Shown here one piece after another: positions 1 through 14,400 of a DNA stretch of 64,000 bases; within the stretch, counting starts at the first letter, position 1; each line of letters opens with the position of its first letter. A program made the position numbers and the translations under genes. Under the pieces are notes generated by a model. The model made no database searches and was not told the DNA's origin. It worked only from the letters and a program-made list of their open reading frames with translations. The stretch is taken from positions 17,484,001 to 17,548,000 of the forward strand of contig OZ059899.1 of NCBI GenBank assembly GCA_964057225.1. Reading direction: 5' to 3'. The stretch is from Auanema rhodensis (taxonomy: Eukaryota; Animalia; Nematoda).

Positions 1-65
1 TTTACGTGAACTTTAATTTATGCTAATTAAATGTACACGTGGTGTGCACTCGGTATGTAACTCGC

Positions 66-75
66 TTCACGTGAA
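66..75. other. Perfect palindrome TTCACGTGAA (E-box core) in Sat176 monomers (first copy given)
   Basis: Read directly. A few monomers carry TTCACGTAAA instead. Confidence 0.9.
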
Positions 76-154
76 AGATAAAGAGATGCGGTTTTTAAAA
101 TTAGATTCCCCATGTCCATATTAGTCTGAAAACAATTTTTTACTGATATTGGTG

Positions 155-167
155 CATGGTAACCATG
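155..167. other. Dyad CATGGT-A-ACCATG, present in each complete Sat176 monomer (first copy given)
   Basis: Perfect 6-bp arms around a 1-nt centre. I saw no variants in it. Confidence 0.9.
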
Positions 168-176
168 ACTTTGAAT

Positions 177-1936
177 TTTACGTGAACTTTAATTTATGCT
201 AATTAAATGTACACGTGATGTGCACTTGGTATGTAACTTGCTTCACGTGAAAGATAAAGAGATGCGGTTTTCAAAATTAGATTTCCCATGTCCATATTAG
301 TCTTAAAACAAATTTTTATTGATATTGGTGCATGGTAACCATGACTTTGAAATTTACGTGAACTTTAATTTATGCTAATTAAATGTACACGTGGTGTGCA
401 CTCGGTATGTAACTCGCTTCACGTGAAAAATAAAGAGATGCGGTTTTTAAAATTAGACTCCCCATGTCCATATTAGTCTAAAAACAAATTTTTATTGATA
501 TTGGTGCATGGTAACCATGACTTTGAAATTTACGTGAACTTTAATTTATGCTAATTAAATGTACACGTGGTGTGCACTCGGTATGTAACTCGCTTCACGT
601 GAAAGATAAAGAGATGCGGTTTTTAAAATTAGATTCCCCATGTCCATATTAGTCTAGAAACAAATTTTTATTGATATTGGTGCATGGTAACCATGACTTT
701 GAAATTTACGTGAACTTTAATTTATGCTAATTAAATGTACACGTGATGTGCACTTGGTATGTAACTTGCTTCACGTGAAAGATAAAGAGATGCGGTTTTC
801 AAAATTAGATTTCCCATGTCCATATTAGTCTTAAAACAAATTTTTATTGATATTGGTGCATGGTAACCATGACTTTGAAATTTACGTGAACTTCAATTTA
901 TGCTAATTAAATGTACACGCGGTGTGCACTTGGTATGTAACTCGCTTCACGTGAAAGATAAAGAGATGCGGTTTTAAAAATTAGATTCCCCATGTCCATA
1001 TTAGTCTGAAAACAATTTTTTACTGATATTGGTGCATGGTAACCATGACTTTGAATTTTACGTGAACTTTAATTTATGCTAATTAAATGTACACGTGATG
1101 TGCACTTGGTATGTAACTTGCTTCACGTGAAAGATAAAGAGATGCGGTTTTCAAAATTAGATTTCCCATGTCCATATTAGTCTTAAAACAAATTTTTATT
1201 GATATTGGTGCATGGTAACCATGACTTTGAAATTTACGTGAACTTTAATTTATGCTAATTAAATGTACACGTGGTGTGCACTCGGTATGTAACTCGCTTC
1301 ACGTGAAAGATAAAGAGATGCGGTTTTCAAAAATAGATTCCCCATGTCCATATTAGTCTAAAAACAAATTTTTATTGATATTGGTGCATGGTAACCATGA
1401 CTTTGAATTTTACGTGAACTTTAATTTATGCTAATTAAATGTACACGTGGTGTGCACTCGGTATGTAACTCGCTTCACGTGAAAGATAAAGAGATGCGGT
1501 TTTTAAAATTAGATTCCCCATGTCCATATTAGTCTAGAAACAAATTTTTATTGATATTGGTGCATGGTAACCATGACTTTGAAATTTACGTGAACTTTAA
1601 TTTATGCTAATTAAATGTACACGTGATGTGCACTTGGTATGTAACTTGCTTCACGTGAAAGATAAAGAGATGCGGTTTTCAAAATTAGATTTCCCATGTC
1701 CATATTAGTCTTAAAACAAATTTTTATTGATATTGGTGCATGGTAACCATGACTTTGAAATTTACGTGAACTTCAATTTATGCTAATTAAATGTACACGC
1801 GGTGTGCACTTGGTATGTAACTCGCTTCACGTGAAAGATAAAGAGATGCGGTTTTAAAAATTAGATTCCCCATGTCCATATTAGTCTAAAAACAGTTTTT
1901 TACTGATATTGGTGCATGGTAACCATGATTTTGATA
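177..1936 (+). repeat. Local 5-monomer (880-bp) higher-order repeat in Sat176
   Basis: cttCaattta plus acacgCggtg occur in monomers at 881 and 1761. agtctaGaaa occurs at 651 and 1531. Confidence 0.8.
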
Positions 1937-2640
1937 TTTACGTGAACTTTAATTTATGCTAATTAAATGTACACGTGGTGTGCACTCGGTATGTAACTCG
2001 CTTCACGTGAAAGATAAAGAGATGCGGTTAACAAAATTAGATTTCCTATGTCCATATTAGTCTAAAAACAAATTTTTATTGATATTGGTTCATGGTAACC
2101 ATGACTTTGAAATTTACGTGAACTTTAATTTATGCTAATTAAATGTACACGTGATGTGCACTTGGTATGTAACTCGCTTCACGTGAAAGATAAAAAGATG
2201 CGGTTTTCAAAATTTGATTCCTCATGTCCATATTAGTCTAAAAACAAATTTTTATTGATATTGGTGCATGGTAACCATGACTTTGAAATTTACGTGAACT
2301 TTAATTTATGCTAATTAAATGTACACGTGATGTGCACTTGGTATGTAACTCGCTTCACGTGAAAGATAAAGAGATGCAGTTCTCAAAATTAGATTCCCCA
2401 TGTCCATATTAGTCTAGAAACAAATTTTTATTGATATTGGTGCATGGTAACCATGAGTTTGAAATTTACGTGAACTTTAATTTATGCTAATTAAATGTAC
2501 ACGTGATGTGCACTTGGTATGTAACTTGCTTCACGTGAAAGATAAAGAGATGCGGTTTTCAAAATTAGATTCTTCATGTCCATATTAGTCTTAAAACAAA
2601 TTTTCATTGATATTGGTGCATGGTAACCATGACTTTGAAA

Positions 2641-5600
2641 TTTACGTGAACTTTAATTTATGCTAATTAAATGTACACGTGATGTGCACTTGGTATGTAA
2701 CTCGCTTCACGTGAAAGATAAAGAGATGCAGTTCTCAAAATTAGATTCCCCATGTCCATATTAGTCTAAAAACAAATTTTTATTGATATTGGTGCATGGT
2801 AACCATGACTTTGAAATTTACGTGAACTTTATTTTATGCTACATAAATGTACACGTGGTGTGCACTCGGTATGTATCTCGCTTCACGTGAAAGATAAAGA
2901 GATGCGGTTTCCAAAATTAGATTCCCCATGTCCATATTAGTCTAAAAACAGTTTTTTACTGATATTGGTGCATGGTAACCATGATTTTGAAATTTACGTG
3001 AACTTTATTTTATGCTACATAAATGTACACGTGGTGTGCACTCGGTATGTATCTCGCTTCACGTGAAAGATAAAGAGATGCGGTTTCCAAAATTAGATTC
3101 CCCATGTCCATATTAGTTTCAAAACAAATTTTTATCGATATTGGTGCATGGTAACCATGACTTTGAAATTTACGTGAACTTTATTTTATGCTACATAAAT
3201 GTACACGTGGTGTGCACTCGGTATGTATCTCGCTTCACGTGAAAGATAAAGAGATGCGGTTTCCAAAATTAGATTCCTCATGTCCATATTAGTCTAAAAA
3301 CAGTTTTTTACTGATATTGGTGCATGGTAACCATGATTTTGAAATTTACGTGAACTTTATTTTATGCTACATAAATGTACACGTGGTGTGCACTCGGTAT
3401 GTATCTCGCTTCACGTGAAAGATAAAGAGATGCGGTTTCCAAAATTAGATTCCCCATGTCCATATTAGTCTAAAAACAGTTTTTTACTGATATTGGTGCA
3501 TGGTAACCATGATTTTGAAATTTACGTGAACTTTAATTTATGCTAATTAAATGTACACATGGTGTGCACTCGGTATGTAACTCGCTTCACGTAAAAGATA
3601 AAGAGATGCGGTTTTCGAAATTAGATTCCCCATGTCCATATTAGTCTAAAAACAAATTTTTATTGATATTGGTGCATGGTAACCATGACTTTGAAATTTA
3701 CGTGAACTTTAATTTATGCTAATTAAATGTACACGTGATGTGCACTCGGTATGTAACTCGCTTCACGTGAAAGATAAAGAGATGCAGTTCTCAAAATTAG
3801 ATTCCCCATGTCCATATTAGTCTAAAAACAAATTTTTATTGATATTGGTGCATGGTAACCATGACTTTGAAATTTACGTGAACTTTATTTTATGCTACAT
3901 AAATGTACACGTGGTGTGCACTCGGTATGTATCTCGCTTCACGTGAAAGATAAAGAGATGCGGTTTCCAAAATTAGATTCCCCATGTCCATATTAGTCTA
4001 AAAACAGTTTTTTACTGATATTGGTGCATGGTAACCATGATTTTGAAATTTACGTGAACTTTATTTTATGCTACATAAATGTACACGTGGTGTGCACTCG
4101 GTATGTATCTCGCTTCACGTGAAAGATAAAGAGATGCGGTTTCCAAAATTAGATTCCCCATGTCCATATTAGTCTAAAAACAAATTTTTATCGATATTGG
4201 TGCATGGTAACCATGACTTTGAAATTTACGTGAACTTTATTTTATGCTACATAAATGTACACGTGGTGTGCACTCGGTATGTAACTCGCTTCACGTGAAA
4301 GATAAAGAGATGCGGTTTTCGAAATTAGATTCCCCATGTCCATATTAGTTTCAAAACAAATTTTTATCGATATTGGTGCATGGTAACCATGACTTTGAAA
4401 TTTACGTGAACTTTATTTTATGCTACATAAATGTACACGTGGTGTGCACTCGGTATGTATCTCGCTTCACGTGAAAGATAAAGAGATGCGGTTTCCAAAA
4501 TTAGATTCCTCATGTCCATATTAGTCTAAAAACAGTTTTTTACTGATATTGGTGCATGGTAACCATGATTTTGAAATTTACGTGAACTTTATTTTATGCT
4601 ACATAAATGTACACGTGGTGTGCACTCGGTATGTATCTCGCTTCACGTGAAAGATAAAGAGATGCGGTTTCCAAAATTAGATTCCCCATGTCCATATTAG
4701 TCTAAAAACAGTTTTTTACTGATATTGGTGCATGGTAACCATGATTTTGAAATTTACGTGAACTTTAATTTATGCTAATTAAATGTACACATGGTGTGCA
4801 CTCGGTATGTAACTCGCTTCACGTAAAAGATAAAGAGATGCGGTTTTCGAAATTAGATTCCCCATGTCCATATTAGTCTAAAAACAAATTTTTATTGATA
4901 TTGGTGCATGGTAACCATGACTTTGAAATTTACGTGAACTTTAATTTATGCTAATTAAATGTACACGTGATGTGCACTTGGTATGTAACTCGCTTCACGT
5001 GAAAGATAAAGAGATGCAGTTCTCAAAATTAGATTCCCCATGTCCATATTAGTCTAAAAACAAATTTTTATTGATATTGGTGCATGGTAACCATGACTTT
5101 GAAATTTACGTGAACTTTATTTTATGCTACATAAATGTACACGTGGTGTGCACTCGGTATGTATCTCGCTTCACGTGAAAGATAAAGAGATGCGGTTTCC
5201 AAAATTAGATTCCCCATGTCCATATTAGTCTAAAAACAGTTTTTTACTGATATTGGTGCATGGTAACCATGATTTTGAAATTTACGTGAACTTTATTTTA
5301 TGCTACATAAATGTACACGTGGTGTGCACTCGGTATGTATCTCGCTTCACGTGAAAGATAAAGAGATGCGGTTTCCAAAATTAGATTCCCCATGTCCATA
5401 TTAGTCTAAAAACAAATTTTTATCGATATTGGTGCATGGTAACCATGACTTTGAAATTTACGTGAACTTTATTTTATGCTACATAAATGTACACGTGGTG
5501 TGCACTCGGTATGTATCTCGCTTCACGTGAAAGATAAAGAGATGCGGTTTCCAAAATTAGATTCCCCATGTCCATATTAGTCTAAAAACAGTTTTTTACT

Positions 5601-8600
5601 GATATTGGTGCATGGTAACCATGATTTTGAAATTTACGTGAACTTTAATTTATGCTAATTAAATGTACACATGGTGTGCACTCGGTATGTAACTCGCTTC
5701 ACGTGAAAGATAAAGAGATGCGGTTTTCGAAATTAGATTCCCCATGTCCATATTAGTCTAAAAACAAATTTTTATTGATATTGGTGCATGGTAACCATGA
5801 CTTTGAAATTTACGTGAACTTTAATTTATGCTAATTAAATGTACACGTGATGTGCACTTGGTATGTAACTCGCTTCACGTGAAAGATAAAGAGATGCAGT
5901 TCTCAAAATTAGATTCCCCATGTCCATATTAGTCTAAAAACAAATTTTTATTGATATTGGTGCATGGTAACCATGACTTTGAAATTTACGTGAACTTTAA
6001 TTTATGCTAATTAAATGTACACGTGATGTGCACTTGGTATGTAACTTGCTTCACGTGAAAGATAAAGAGATGCGGTTTCCAAAATTAGATTCCCCATGTC
6101 CATATTAGTCTAAAAACAGTTTTTTACTGATATTGGTGCATGGTAACCATGATTTTGAAATTTACGTGAACTTTAATTTATGCTAATTAAATGTACACAT
6201 GGTGTGCACTCGGTATGTAACTCGCTTCACGTAAAAGATAAAGAGATGCGGTTTTCGAAATTAGATTCCCCATGTCCATATTAGTCTAAAAACAAATTTT
6301 TATTGATATTGGTGCATGGTAACCATGACTTTGAAATTTACGTGAACTTTAATTTATGCTAATTAAATGTACACGTGATGTGCACTTGGTATGTAACTCG
6401 CTTCACGTGAAAGATAAAGAGATGCAGTTCTCAAAATTAGATTCCCCATGTCCATATTAGTCTAAAACCAAATTTTTATTGATATTGGTGCATGGTAACC
6501 ATGATTTTGAAATTTACGTGAACTTTATTTTATGCTACATAAATGTACACGTGGTGTGCACTCGGTATGTATCTCGCTTCACGTGAAAGATAAAGAGATG
6601 CGGTTTCCAAAATTAGATTCCCCATGTCCATATTAGTCTAAAAACAGTTTTTTACTGATATTGGTGCATGGTAACCATGATTTTGAAATTTACGTGAACT
6701 TTATTTTATGCTACATAAATGTACACGTGGTGTGCACTCGGTATGTATCTCGCTTCACGTGAAAGATAAAGAGATGCGGTTTCCAAAATTAGATTCCCCA
6801 TGTCCATATTAGTCTAAAAACAAATTTTTACTGATATTGGTGCATGGTAACCATGATTTTGAAATTTACGTGAACTTTAATTTATGCTAATTAAATGTAC
6901 ACATGGTGTGCACTCGGTATGTAACTCGCTTCACGTGAAAGATAAAGAGATGCGGTTTTCGAAATTAGATTCCCCATGTCCATATTAGTCTAAAAACAAA
7001 TTTTTATTGATATTGGTGCATGGTAACCATGACTTTGAAATTTACGTGAACTTTAATTTATGCTAATTAAATGTACACGTGATGTGCACTTGGTATGTAA
7101 CTCGCTTCACGTGAAAGATAAAGAGATGCAGTTCTCAAAATTAGATTCCCCATGTCCATATTAGTCTAAAAACAAATTTTTATTGATATTGGTGCATGGT
7201 AACCATGACTTTGAAATTTACGTGAACTTTATTTTATGCTACATAAATGTACACGTGGTGTGCACTCGGTATGTATCTCGCTTCACGTGAAAGATAAAGA
7301 GATGCGGTTTCCAAAATTAGATTCCCCATGTCCATATTAGTCTAAAAACAGTTTTTTACTGATATTGGTGCATGGTAACCATGATTTTGAAATTTACGTG
7401 AACTTTATTTTATGCTACATAAATGTACACGTGGTGTGCACTCGGTATGTATCTCGCTTCACGTGAAAGATAAAGAGATGCGGTTTCCAAAATTAGATTC
7501 CCCATGTCCATATTAGTCTAAAAACAAATTTTTATCGATATTGGTGCATGGTAACCATGACTTTGAAATTTACGTGAACTTTATTTTATGCTACATAAAT
7601 GTACACGTGGTGTGCACTCGGTATGTATCTCGCTTCACGTGAAAGATAAAGAGATGCGGTTTCCAAAATTAGATTCCCCATGTCCATATTAGTCTAAAAA
7701 CAGTTTTTTACTGATATTGGTGCATGGTAACCATGATTTTGAAATTTACGTGAACTTTAATTTATGCTAATTAAATGTACACATGGTGTGCACTCGGTAT
7801 GTAACTCGCTTCACGTGAAAGATAAAGAGATGCGGTTTTCGAAATTAGATTCCCCATGTCCATATTAGTCTAAAAACAAATTTTTATTGATATTGGTGCA
7901 TGGTAACCATGACTTTGAAATTTACGTGAACTTTAATTTATGCTAATTAAATGTACACGTGATGTGCACTTGGTATGTAACTCGCTTCACGTGAAAGATA
8001 AAGAGATGCAGTTCTCAAAATTAGATTCCCCATGTCCATATTAGTCTAAAAACAAATTTTTATTGATATTGGTGCATGGTAACCATGACTTTGAAATTTA
8101 CGTGAACTTTATTTTATGCTACATAAATGTACACGTGGTGTGCACTCGGTATGTATCTCGCTTCACGTGAAAGATAAAGAGATGCGGTTTCCAAAATTAG
8201 ATTCCCCATGTCCATATTAGTCTAAAAACAGTTTTTTACTGATATTGGTGCATGGTAACCATGATTTTGAAATTTACGTGAACTTTATTTTATGCTACAT
8301 AAATGTACACGTGGTGTGCACTCGGTATGTATCTCGCTTCACGTGAAAGATAAAGAGATGCGGTTTCCAAAATTAGATTCCCCATGTCCATATTAGTCTA
8401 AAAACAAATTTTTATCGATATTGGTGCATGGTAACCATGACTTTGAAATTTACGTGAACTTTATTTTATGCTACATAAATGTACACGTGGTGTGCACTCG
8501 GTATCTATCTCGCTTCACGTGAAAGATAAAGAGATGCGGTTTCCAAAATTAGATTCCCCATGTCCATATTAGTCTAAAAACAGTTTTTTACTGATATTGG

Positions 8601-9856
8601 TGCATGGTAACCATGATTTTGAAATTTACGTGAACTTTAATTTATGCTAATTAAATGTACACATGGTGTGCACTCGGTATGTAACTCGCTTCACGTGAAA
8701 GATAAAGAGATGCGGTTTTCGAAATTAGATTCCCCATGTCCATATTAGTCTAAAAACAAATTTTTATTGATATTGGTGCATGGTAACCATGACTTTGAAA
8801 TTTACGTGAACTTTAATTTATGCTAATTAAATGTACACGTGATGTGCACTTGGTATGTAACTCGCTTCACGTGAAAGATAAAGAGATGCAGTTCTCAAAA
8901 TTAGATTCCCCATGTCCATATTAGTCTAAAAACAAATTTTTATTGATATTGGTGCATGGTAACCATGACTTTGAAATTTACGTGAACTTTAATTTATGCT
9001 AATTAAATGTACACGTGATGTGCACTTGGTATGTAACTTGCTTCACGTGAAAGATAAAGAGATGCGGTTTCCAAAATTAGATTCCCCATGTCCATATTAG
9101 TCTAAAAACAGTTTTTTACTGATATTGGTGCATGGTAACCATGATTTTGAAATTTACGTGAACTTTAATTTATGCTAATTAAATGTACACATGGTGTGCA
9201 CTCGGTATGTAACTCGCTTCACGTAAAAGATAAAGAGATGCGGTTTTCGAAATTAGATTCCCCATGTCCATATTAGTCTAAAAACAAATTTTTATTGATA
9301 TTGGTGCATGGTAACCATGACTTTGAAATTTACGTGAACTTTAATTTATGCTAATTAAATGTACACGTGATGTGCACTTGGTATGTAACTCGCTTCACGT
9401 GAAAGATAAAGAGATGCAGTTCTCAAAATTAGATTCCCCATGTCCATATTAGTCTAAAAACAAATTTTTATTGATATTGGTGCATGGTAACCATGACTTT
9501 GAAATTTACGTGAACTTTATTTTATGCTACATAAATGTACACGTGGTGTGCACTCGGTATGTATCTCGCTTCACGTGAAAGATAAAGAGATGCGGTTTCC
9601 AAAATTAGATTCCCCATGTCCATATTAGTCTAAAAACAGTTTTTTACTGATATTGGTGCATGGTAACCATGATTTTGAAATTTACGTGAACTTTATTTTA
9701 TGCTACATAAATGTACACGTGGTGTGCACTCGGTATGTATCTCGCTTCACGTGAAAGATAAAGAGATGCGGTTTCCAAAATTAGATTCCCCATGTCCATA
9801 TTAGTCTAAAAACAAATTTTTATTGATATTGGTGCATGGTAACCATGACTTTGAAA
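2641..9856 (+). repeat. Sat176 sub-domain dominated by the TTATTTTATGCTACATAA variant, arranged in 3- to 7-mer units (5-mer most common)
   Basis: The recurrent order is a cagttctc monomer, then 2-5 ctacataa/tatctcg monomers, then an acacAtgg/ttttcG monomer. acacAtgg monomers start at 3521, 4753, 5633, 6161, 6865, 7745, 8625 and 9153. Confidence 0.8.
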
Positions 9857-11440
9857 TTTACGTGAACTTTAATTTATGCTAATTAAATGTACACGTGATG
9901 TGCACTTGGTATGTAACTTGCTTCACGTGAAAGATAAAGAGATGCGGTTTTCAAAATTAGATTCCCCATGTCCATATTAGTCTTAAAACAAATTTTTATT
10001 GATATTGGTGCATGGTAACCATGACTTTGAAATTTACGTGAACTTTAATTTATGCTAATTAAATGTACACGTGGTGTGCACCCGGTATGTAACTCGCTTC
10101 ACGTGAAAGATAAAGAGATGAGGTTTTCCCAATTAGATTCCCCATGTCCATATTAGTCTGAAAACAAATTTTTATCGATATTGGTGCATGGTAACCATGA
10201 CTTTGAAATTTACGTGAACTTTATTTTATGCTACATAAATGTACACGTGGTGTGCACTCGGTATGTATCTCGCTTCACGTGAAAGATAAAGAGATGCGGT
10301 TTCCAAAATTAGATTCCCCATGTCCATATTAGTCTAAAAACAGTTTTTTACTGATATTGGTGCATGGTAACCATGATTTTGAAATTTACGTGAACTTTAA
10401 TTTATGCTAATTAAATGTACACATGGTGTGCACTCGGTATGTAACTCGCTTCACGTGAAAGATAAAGAGATGCGGTTTTCGAAATTAGATTCCCCATGTC
10501 CATATTAGTCTAAAAACAAATTTTTATTGATATTGGTGCATGGTAACCATGACTTTGAAATTTACGTGAACTTTAATTTATGCTAATTAAATGTACACGT
10601 GATGTGCACTTGGTATGTAACTCGCTTCACGTGAAAGATAAAGAGATGCAGTTCTCAAAATTAGATTCCCCATGTCCATATTAGTCTAAAAACAAATTTT
10701 TATTGATATTGGTGCATGGTAACCATGACTTTGAAATTTACGTGAACTTTAATTTATGCTAATTAAATGTACACGTGTTGTGCACTTGGTATGTAACTTG
10801 CTTCACGTGAAAGATAAAGAGATGCGGTTTTCAAAATTAGATTCCCCATGTCCATATTAGTCTTAAAACAAATTTTTATTGATATTGGTGCATGGTAACC
10901 ATGACTTTGAAATTTACGTGAACTTTAATTTATGCTAATTAAATGTACACGTGGTGTGCACCCGGTATGTAACTCGCTTCACGTGAAAGATAAAGAGATG
11001 AGGTTTTCCCAATTAGATTCCCCATGTCCATATTAGTCTAAAAACAAATTTTTATCGATATTGGTGCATGGTAACCATGACTTTGAAATTTACGTGAACT
11101 TTATTTTATGCTACATAAATGTACACGTGGTGTGCACTCGGTATGTATCTCGCTTCACGTGAAAGATAAAGAGATGCGGTTTCCAAAATTAGATTCCCCA
11201 TGTCCATATTAGTCTAAAAACAAATTTTTATTGATATTGGTGCATGGTAACCATGACTTTGAAATTTACGTGAACTTTAATTTATGCTAATTAAATGTAC
11301 ACGTGATGTGCACTTGGTATGTAACTCGCTTCACGTGAAAGATAAAGAGATGCAGTTCTCAAAATTAGATTCCCCATGTCCATATTAGTCTAAAAACAAA
11401 TTTTTATTGATATTGGTGCATGGTAACCATGACTTTGAAA

Positions 11441-14400
11441 TTTACGTGAACTTTAATTTATGCTAATTAAATGTACACGTGATGTGCACTTGGTATGTAA
11501 CTCGCTTCACGTGAAAGATAAAGAGATGCAGTTCTCAAAATTAGATTCCCCATGTCCATATTAGTCTAAAAACAAATTTTTATTGATATTGGTGCATGGT
11601 AACCATGACTTTGAAATTTACGTGAACTTTAATTTATGCTAATTAAATGTACACGTGATGTGCACTTGGTATGTAACTTGCTTCACGTGAAAGATAAAGA
11701 GATGCGGTTTTCAAAATTAGATTCCCCATGTCCATATTAGTCTTAAAACAAATTTTTATTGATATTGGTGCATGGTAACCATGACTTTGAAATTTACGTG
11801 AACTTTAATTTATGCTAATTAAATGTACACGTGATGTGCACTTGGTATGTAACTTGCTTCACGTGAAAGATAAAGAGATGCGGTTCTCAAAATTAGATTC
11901 CCCATGTCCATATTAGTCTTAAAACAAATTTTTATTGATATTGGTGCATGGTAACCATGACTTTGAAATTTACGTGAACTTTAATTTATGCTAATTAAAT
12001 GTACACGTGATGTGCACTCGGTATGTATCTCGCTTCACGTGAAAGATAAAGAGATGCGGTTTCCAAAATTAGATTCCCCATGTCCATATTAGTCTAAAAA
12101 CAGTTTTTTACTGATATTGGTGCATGGTAACCATGATTTTGAAATTTACGTGAACTTTAATTTATGCTAATTAAATGTACACATGGTGTGCACTCGGTAT
12201 GTAACTCGCTTCACGTGAAAGATAAAGAGATGCGGTTTTCGAAATTAGATTCCCCATGTCCATATTAGTCTAAAAACAAATTTTTATTGATATTGGTGCA
12301 TGGTAACCATGACTTTGAAATTTACGTGAACTTTAATTTATGCTAATTAAATGTACACGTGATGTGCACTTGGTATGTAACTCGCTTCACGTGAAAGATA
12401 AAGAGATGCAGTTCTCAAAATTAGATTCCCCATGTCCATATTAGTCTAAAAACAAATTTTTATTGATATTGGTGCATGGTAACCATGACTTTGAAATTTA
12501 CGTGAACTTTAATTTATGCTAATTAAATGTACACGTGTTGTGCACTTGGTATGTAACTTGCTTCACGTGAAAGATAAAGAGATGCGGTTTTCAAAATTAG
12601 ATTCCCCATGTCCATATTAGTCTTAAAACAAATTTTTATTGATATTGGTGCATGGTAACCATGACTTTGAAATTTACGTGAACTTTAATTTATGCTAATT
12701 AAATGTACACGTGATGTGCACTTGGTATGTAACTTGCTTCACGTGAAAGATAAAGAGATGCGGTTTTCAAAATTAGATTCCCCATGTCCATATTAGTCTT
12801 AAAACAAATTTTTATTGATATTGGTGCATGGTAACCATGACTTTGAAATTTACGTGAACTTTAATTTATGCTAATTAAATGTACACGTGGTGTGCACCCG
12901 GTATGTAACTCGCTTCACGTGAAAGATAAAGAGATGAGGTTTTCCCAATTAGATTCCCCATGTCCATATTAGTCTAAAAACAAATTTTTATCGATATTGG
13001 TGCATGGTAACCATGACTTTGAAATTTACGTGAACTTTATTTTATGCTACATAAATGTACACGTGGTGTGCACTCGGTATGTATCTCGCTTCACGTGAAA
13101 GATAAAGAGATGCGGTTTCCAAAATTAGATTCCCCATGTCCATATTAGTCTAAAAACAAATTTTTATTGATATTGGTGCATGGTAACCATGACTTTGAAA
13201 TTTACGTGAACTTTAATTTATGCTAATTAAATTTACACGTGATGTGCACTTGGTATGTAACTCGCTTCACGTGAAAGATAAAGAGATGCAGTTCTCAAAA
13301 TTAGATTCCCCATGTCCATATTAGTCTAAAAACAAATTTTTATTGATATTGGTGCATGGTAACCATGACTTTGAAATTTACGTGAACTTTAATTTATGCT
13401 AATTAAATGTACACGTGATGTGCACTTGGTATGTAACTCGCTTCACGTGAAAGATAAAGAGATGCAGTTCTCAAAATTAGATTCCCCATGTCCATATTAG
13501 TCTAAAAACAAATTTTTATTGATATTGGTGCATGGTAACCATGACTTTGAAATTTACGTGAACTTTAATTTATGCTAATTAAATGTACACGTGATGTGCA
13601 CTTGGTATGTAACTTGCTTCACGTGAAAGATAAAGAGATGCGGTTTTCAAAATTAGATTCCCCATGTCCATATTAGTCTTAAAACAAATTTTTATTGATA
13701 TTGGTGCATGGTAACCATGACTTTGAAATTTACGTGAACTTTAATTTATGCTAATTAAATGTACACGTGATGTGCACTTGGTATGTAACTTGCTTCACGT
13801 GAAAGATAAAGAGATGCGGTTCTCAAAATTAGATTCCCCATGTCCATATTAGTCTTAAAACAAATTTTTATTGATATTGGTGCATGGTAACCATGACTTT
13901 GAAATTTACGTGAACTTTAATTTATGCTAATTAAATGTACACGTGATGTGCACTTGGTATGTAACTTGCTTCACGTGAAAGATAAAGAGATGCGGTTTTC
14001 AAAATTAGATTCCCCATGTCGATATTAGTCTTAAAACAAATTTTTATTGATATTGGTGCATGGTAACCATGACTTTGAAATTTACGTGAACTTTATTTTA
14101 TGCTACATAAATGTACACGTGGTGTGCACTCGGTATGTAACTCGCTTCACGTGAAAGATAAAGAGATGCGGTTTTTAAAATTAGATTCCCCATGTCCATA
14201 TTAGTCTGAAAACAAATTTTTATTGATATTGGTGCATGGTAACCATGACTTTGAAATTTACGTGAACTTTAATTTATGCTTATTAAATGTACACGTGATG
14301 TGCACTTGGTATGTAACTCGCTTCACGTGAAAAATAAAGAGATGCGGTTTTCAAAATTAGATTCCCCATGTCCATATTAGTCTAAAAACAAATTTTTATT

